From an uncultured Gammaproteobacteria bacterium (GTDB lineage Bacteria; Pseudomonadota; Gammaproteobacteria; JAURND01): 64,000 bases of DNA. Position 1 is the first letter of the stretch, and the number at the start of each line of letters is the position of its first letter. A program made the translations under genes and the position numbers. The stretch lies in assembly GCA_963714975.1 (NCBI GenBank), contig CAVQQD010000002.1:64001-128000 (forward strand), read 5' to 3'. Below the pieces are notes generated by a model. That model had not been told where the DNA came from. It made no database searches and saw only the letters and a list, made by a program, of their open reading frames with translations. Of the stretch, positions 62,696-64,000 are shown piece after piece.

Positions 62696-62728
62696 GGTTT
62701 GATCCTCTCTCCTAAATCCCCCACTTGA

Positions 62729-62761
62729 TTTAATATTTTATTAAGCTTAATCCATTATCAT
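62729..62761 (+). promoter_or_regulatory. PmrA-type box plus -10
   Basis: tTTAA-ta-TT-tt-aTTAA-gc-TT-N7-TATCAT; upstream region homologous to 49331-49440. Confidence 0.7.
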
Positions 62762-62834
62762 CATTAACTATAAATCTATAAATTACTATTTTGTCGTTGC
62801 ATTTTGCATTACTTCTTTGAGAGAGAATCTACTT

Positions 62835-64000
62835 ATGTTAAGTGAATTAGAGCGGAGAGAGCAAAAATCTTTAGCTACAGAGAATACATTGTTAGGCGAT
62901 CGAGCTGAAAATAAATCCGCGAATGTCTATCGAGAACAAGCCAAAAATCATAAGATAAATGATTATCGCCAATATGGTGATCCACGATCAGGAAACCCAG
63001 ATCCAAAGAAATTGAGCTTTGATAACCCACTGAATTGGGAATTCCGCTTTGCCCTGAAACCTACTCAAGCAAATATTGACAAGGCAGTTGAAGCTGCGCT
63101 GCCAGTATTATTTTCCTCCAATTGGCGAGGAGTCGAGCCTGATTTTAAATTCTTTCTTTTGCATGACCCAGTTGACCCGACGTTGAAAGCCGCAGGTGGT
63201 GAAGGTCCTTATGTAAGCTTGGTGGGCGATTCTGATCGTGATCAACGAGGCAAGGAATTCTGTGTTTATATGACGCAAAATCGCATGAACGGAAATAGCC
63301 AGTTTGAAAGGTCTCCTGCTCAATTTAAAGAGCTTATTTTAAAGCTTTGGAAAGCCTTTCTTGATCATGGCGTTGAGATTGGTTACATCAGTCCGCAAAT
63401 TGGTGAGCGCGCTTTGCCCTGTGATCCAGGCATAGTAACTCCGGTATCGTACTCTTACACCGCAATAGTTAGAAATTGGCCTGCCATAACCGATCCATTT
63501 TGGAAATATATTCAACAGATGGATTTACCTTTAGCGGGTGATGTTTGCCCTCATATTTTGGGTTTTGATAAAACCGAAGAGTTATATAAGAAGCGTGCTC
63601 AGCAGGAACTTGGAACTTGGCAAGATCCTCTTGCCGGTGTGCACATTTCCGAGGCAGATTTAAGGCGTCATGGTATCCCTATCCAAGCACCTCTGGCGAT
63701 GCAGGCCAGCAAGGTTAAGTATTTACAAGAACATTATGCTCAAGCAGTCCAAGATATTCAGCATGGTTTGCAACGGCAGAAAGATAATAAACCTTCGCAT
63801 GTAGCATCTCTGGAGAAGCTGGAACAGTTTGTTTCTCAAATTGAGTTTAAGGACAGTACGGAAATTCCGGTTGTTGATGAGAAGAGATATACCGCAGCAG
63901 CCCGCTTAGATCAGCAGAAAAAAATCGTCAATAAATTTAAGGCTGATGAAAATATCAAAAAGTTCTTAGCGGAAAATGGGATAAATAATACAAAATTGGC
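62835..64000 (+). CDS. Effector-like paralog of 49438..53455 (runs off window end; absent from the ORF track)
   Basis: MLSELERR...KINDY...WEFRFALKPTQANIDKAVEAALPVLFSS...DRDQRGKEFCVYM. Confidence 0.88.
   Translation, partial: MLSELERREQKSLATENTLLGDRAENKSANVYREQAKNHKINDYRQYGDPRSGNPDPKKLSFDNPLNWEFRFALKPTQANIDKAVEAALPVLFSSNWRGVEPDFKFFLLHDPVDPTLKAAGGEGPYVSLVGDSDRDQRGKEFCVYMTQNRMNGNSQFERSPAQFKELILKLWKAFLDHGVEIGYISPQIGERALPCDPGIVTPVSYSYTAIVRNWPAITDPFWKYIQQMDLPLAGDVCPHILGFDKTEELYKKRAQQELGTWQDPLAGVHISEADLRRHGIPIQAPLAMQASKVKYLQEHYAQAVQDIQHGLQRQKDNKPSHVASLEKLEQFVSQIEFKDSTEIPVVDEKRYTAAARLDQQKKIVNKFKADENIKKFLAENGINNTKL

Overview
A 64-kb chromosomal window from a Coxiellales/Legionellales-like gammaproteobacterium. 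This assignment is inferred from gene order, a histone-like basic protein beside adk, and five PmrA-type boxes. The housekeeping backbone runs rplU-rpmA-obgE, rpsT, engB, fba, rocD, metG, cfa, nth, epmB, parC, adk, glpD, aceEF-lpdA, dapE/dapD, three tRNAs, rppH-ptsP and def-fmt. The main accessory observations are: (1) Two copies of an unknown 152-aa gene. Each has a SymR-like cis-antisense RNA with its own conserved promoter, and the two RNAs differ mainly in their loops, making this a candidate new type I toxin-antitoxin-like system. (2) A complete IS110 element. Its bridge-RNA target and donor guides can be read directly and match its own junctions and a dispersed miniature inverted-repeat element. 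(3) A Rab1-like GTPase effector candidate with degenerate switch motifs, whose N-terminus is split at a G8 tract. (4) Two paralogous effector candidates with an OspF/LanL lyase-like motif order, one disrupted by an IS1380-family element. (5) A 179-bp MITE with related ends. (6) A tandem family of unknown membrane proteins. (7) A mosaic duplicated AAA/PD-(D/E)XK gene flanking a four-gene cargo. (8) Many REP/RPE-like palindromes, some inside coding ends. A frameshift in the essential gene metG warns that single-base indels may be assembly errors. All family assignments come from reading motifs by eye and from remembered consensus sequences; no searches were run.
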